DNA of 64,000 nt from Candidatus Methylomirabilota bacterium (GTDB lineage: Bacteria > Methylomirabilota > Methylomirabilia > Rokubacteriales > CSP1-6): contig DASXSB010000054.1 in the NCBI GenBank assembly GCA_036506275.1, positions 32,840 through 96,839 of the forward strand, written 5' to 3'. Position numbers and translations under genes: made by a program. The notes below the pieces were generated by a model. The model ran no database searches. It was not told the origin of the DNA and saw nothing but the letters and a program-made list of their open reading frames with translations. Positions within the stretch are counted from its first letter, which is position 1, and every line of letters starts with the position of its first letter. Below are positions 62,780 to 64,000 of the stretch, piece by piece.

Positions 62780-63642
62780 TCCGCGCCGCCGCGGTGGCGC
62801 GGTACGCCGACTGGTCCCATCCCGAGCGACGCGCCCGCCTCTTCTGTGCGGCGCTTCCCCTCGGGACCGCGCTCGGCTACGTGATCGGCGGGCTCGTGGG
62901 CGAGGCCCACGGCTGGCGGGCCGCGCTCTTCGCAGCGGGTCTCGCGATCATGGTGCTCGCCCTCCGCGAGCCCACGCGCGGAGTGAGGCACGAAGTGCGC
63001 GGCCTCCGCCTCTCGCTGCCGGCGCTGGCCGATCGCCAGAGCTACCTCGTCAACACCGCCGCCCAGGTCGTCTACACCTTCGCCGTGGGTGGACTCGCGA
63101 CCTGGATGCCGCTCTACGTCGCGCGCGAGCGCGGTGTTCCCACGGACATTGCCGCCACTACCTTCGGGCTCCTCCTCGTCGCCGCCGGTCTCGTGGGGAC
63201 GCTGACGGGAGACCGGGTCGCGCGCGCGGTGGCGCGCCGGTGGCATGGCGGAGACTTCACGGTGTCCGGCTGGTCGCTGGTGGCCTCGCTCGCCTTCACG
63301 CCGGTGGCGTTGCTGGCGGCGGCGCCGGTGGTCGTGTGGACGGCGATGTTCGCGACGCTGTTGCTGCTCTTCATCAACATCGGTCGCCTCAACGCGGCCA
63401 TGGCGGACGTGCTTCCCGCCGAGCTGCGGGCGACCGGCTTCCTGGTGGCCACGATGTCGATCCACCTGCTCGGCGACGCCGTCTCCCCGTTCCTGATCGG
63501 CGCCGCCTCCCAGCGCATGGGCCTCCAGCTTCCCGTGCTCGTGACGGGCTGCCTCCTTCCCGTCGCGGGGCTGCTTCTCCTCTGGGGGCGGGCGACGCTG
63601 GCGCGCGATCTCGCGCGGGCGGGCGCGCTCGCGCGCTGCTGA
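62776..63642 (+). CDS. MFS transporter-like membrane protein, apparently an N-terminally truncated half of about six TM helices.
   Basis: The ATG overlaps the upstream stop (ATGA). Hydrophobic helices throughout, but only 288 aa. Confidence 0.6.
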   Translation: MIRAAAVARYADWSHPERRARLFCAALPLGTALGYVIGGLVGEAHGWRAALFAAGLAIMVLALREPTRGVRHEVRGLRLSLPALADRQSYLVNTAAQVVYTFAVGGLATWMPLYVARERGVPTDIAATTFGLLLVAAGLVGTLTGDRVARAVARRWHGGDFTVSGWSLVASLAFTPVALLAAAPVVVWTAMFATLLLLFINIGRLNAAMADVLPAELRATGFLVATMSIHLLGDAVSPFLIGAASQRMGLQLPVLVTGCLLPVAGLLLLWGRATLARDLARAGALARC

Positions 63643-63655
63643 GAACGGGGTCGGC

Positions 63656-64000
63656 ATGGACGTCGTGAAGGAGGACTTCGCGTATCGCATCCGCCGCCGC
63701 GCCGCCGGACAGCCGCGCGAGCTCGTCGGCCTCGTCGCCCGTCAGGTGGAAGGCACCAAGACACGCAACGTGCTCAACGTCTACGGACCCGCCGTGTTGC
63801 TCGAGGTCCACGACAACTATTTCCACCACAACAGCGCCGTGATGATGCCGGACGTGGACGACGAGGAGGACGCGGAGCCGGGGACGCGCTCGCACTTCGA
63901 GGACGGCGACGAAGTGGCCGGGTTCCGGCGCTGCCGGCCCGACAGCTACGGGCGCTTCCTCAACGAGCCGTTCGAGCCCGCGGACGAGGACGGCGACACG
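63656..64000 (+). CDS. Hypothetical acidic protein, partial (continues beyond the window end).
   Basis: ATG at 63656. The ORF remains open to the end of the window, with coding-like third-position GC. Confidence 0.35.
   Translation, partial: MDVVKEDFAYRIRRRAAGQPRELVGLVARQVEGTKTRNVLNVYGPAVLLEVHDNYFHHNSAVMMPDVDDEEDAEPGTRSHFEDGDEVAGFRRCRPDSYGRFLNEPFEPADEDGDT

Noticed and set aside
59717-63690. Minus-strand ORFs 59717-60784, 60844-61860 and 62539-63690.
   Set aside because: They are antisense to the ACAD pair and the MFS-like gene.

Overview
This is a 64 kb chromosomal window from a very GC-rich bacterium, roughly 70% GC. Ribosome-binding sites of the GGGAGG/AGGAGG type are frequent, and there are several PEP-CTERM proteins, so the source has an exosortase-type sorting system. 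It is possibly Gemmatimonadota, Acidobacteriota or a similar soil lineage; the phylum cannot be fixed from sequence alone. About 60 protein-coding genes are packed on both strands. I recognised no rRNA, tRNA, CRISPR array, transposase, integrase or phage gene. Most genes are housekeeping or accessory metabolism: DAHP synthase, Fpg/Nei glycosylase, MsrA, GlnS, oligopeptidase B, Qor, a FadD-type CoA ligase, an acyl-CoA dehydrogenase pair, SDRs, alpha/beta hydrolases, M20 peptidases, nitroreductase, an MBL hydrolase and a family 4 UDG. Several neighbourhoods stand out. (1) A histidine-phosphatase / DUF3090 / SCO1664-family gene triad sits next to an M20 peptidase and a zinc-ribbon ORF; the SCO1664-family protein looks kinase-like. 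(2) A bacterial calpain-like (peptidase C2-type) cysteine protease lies in a lower-GC patch. (3) Two tandem, near-identical NIDO-like PEP-CTERM secreted proteins are present, plus two further PEP-CTERM proteins elsewhere. (4) A ChlI/BchI-type AAA+ ATPase is paired with a ChlD-like VWA protein, with a divergent SPFH/band-7 gene. (5) An AttEFGH-like ABC exporter carries a lipocalin-like AttH component. (6) An orphan xanthine-dehydrogenase-family molybdopterin subunit sits beside an unclassifiable beta-rich protein. Many long ORFs in the six-frame track are antisense or out-of-frame artefacts of the high GC content and were not called.
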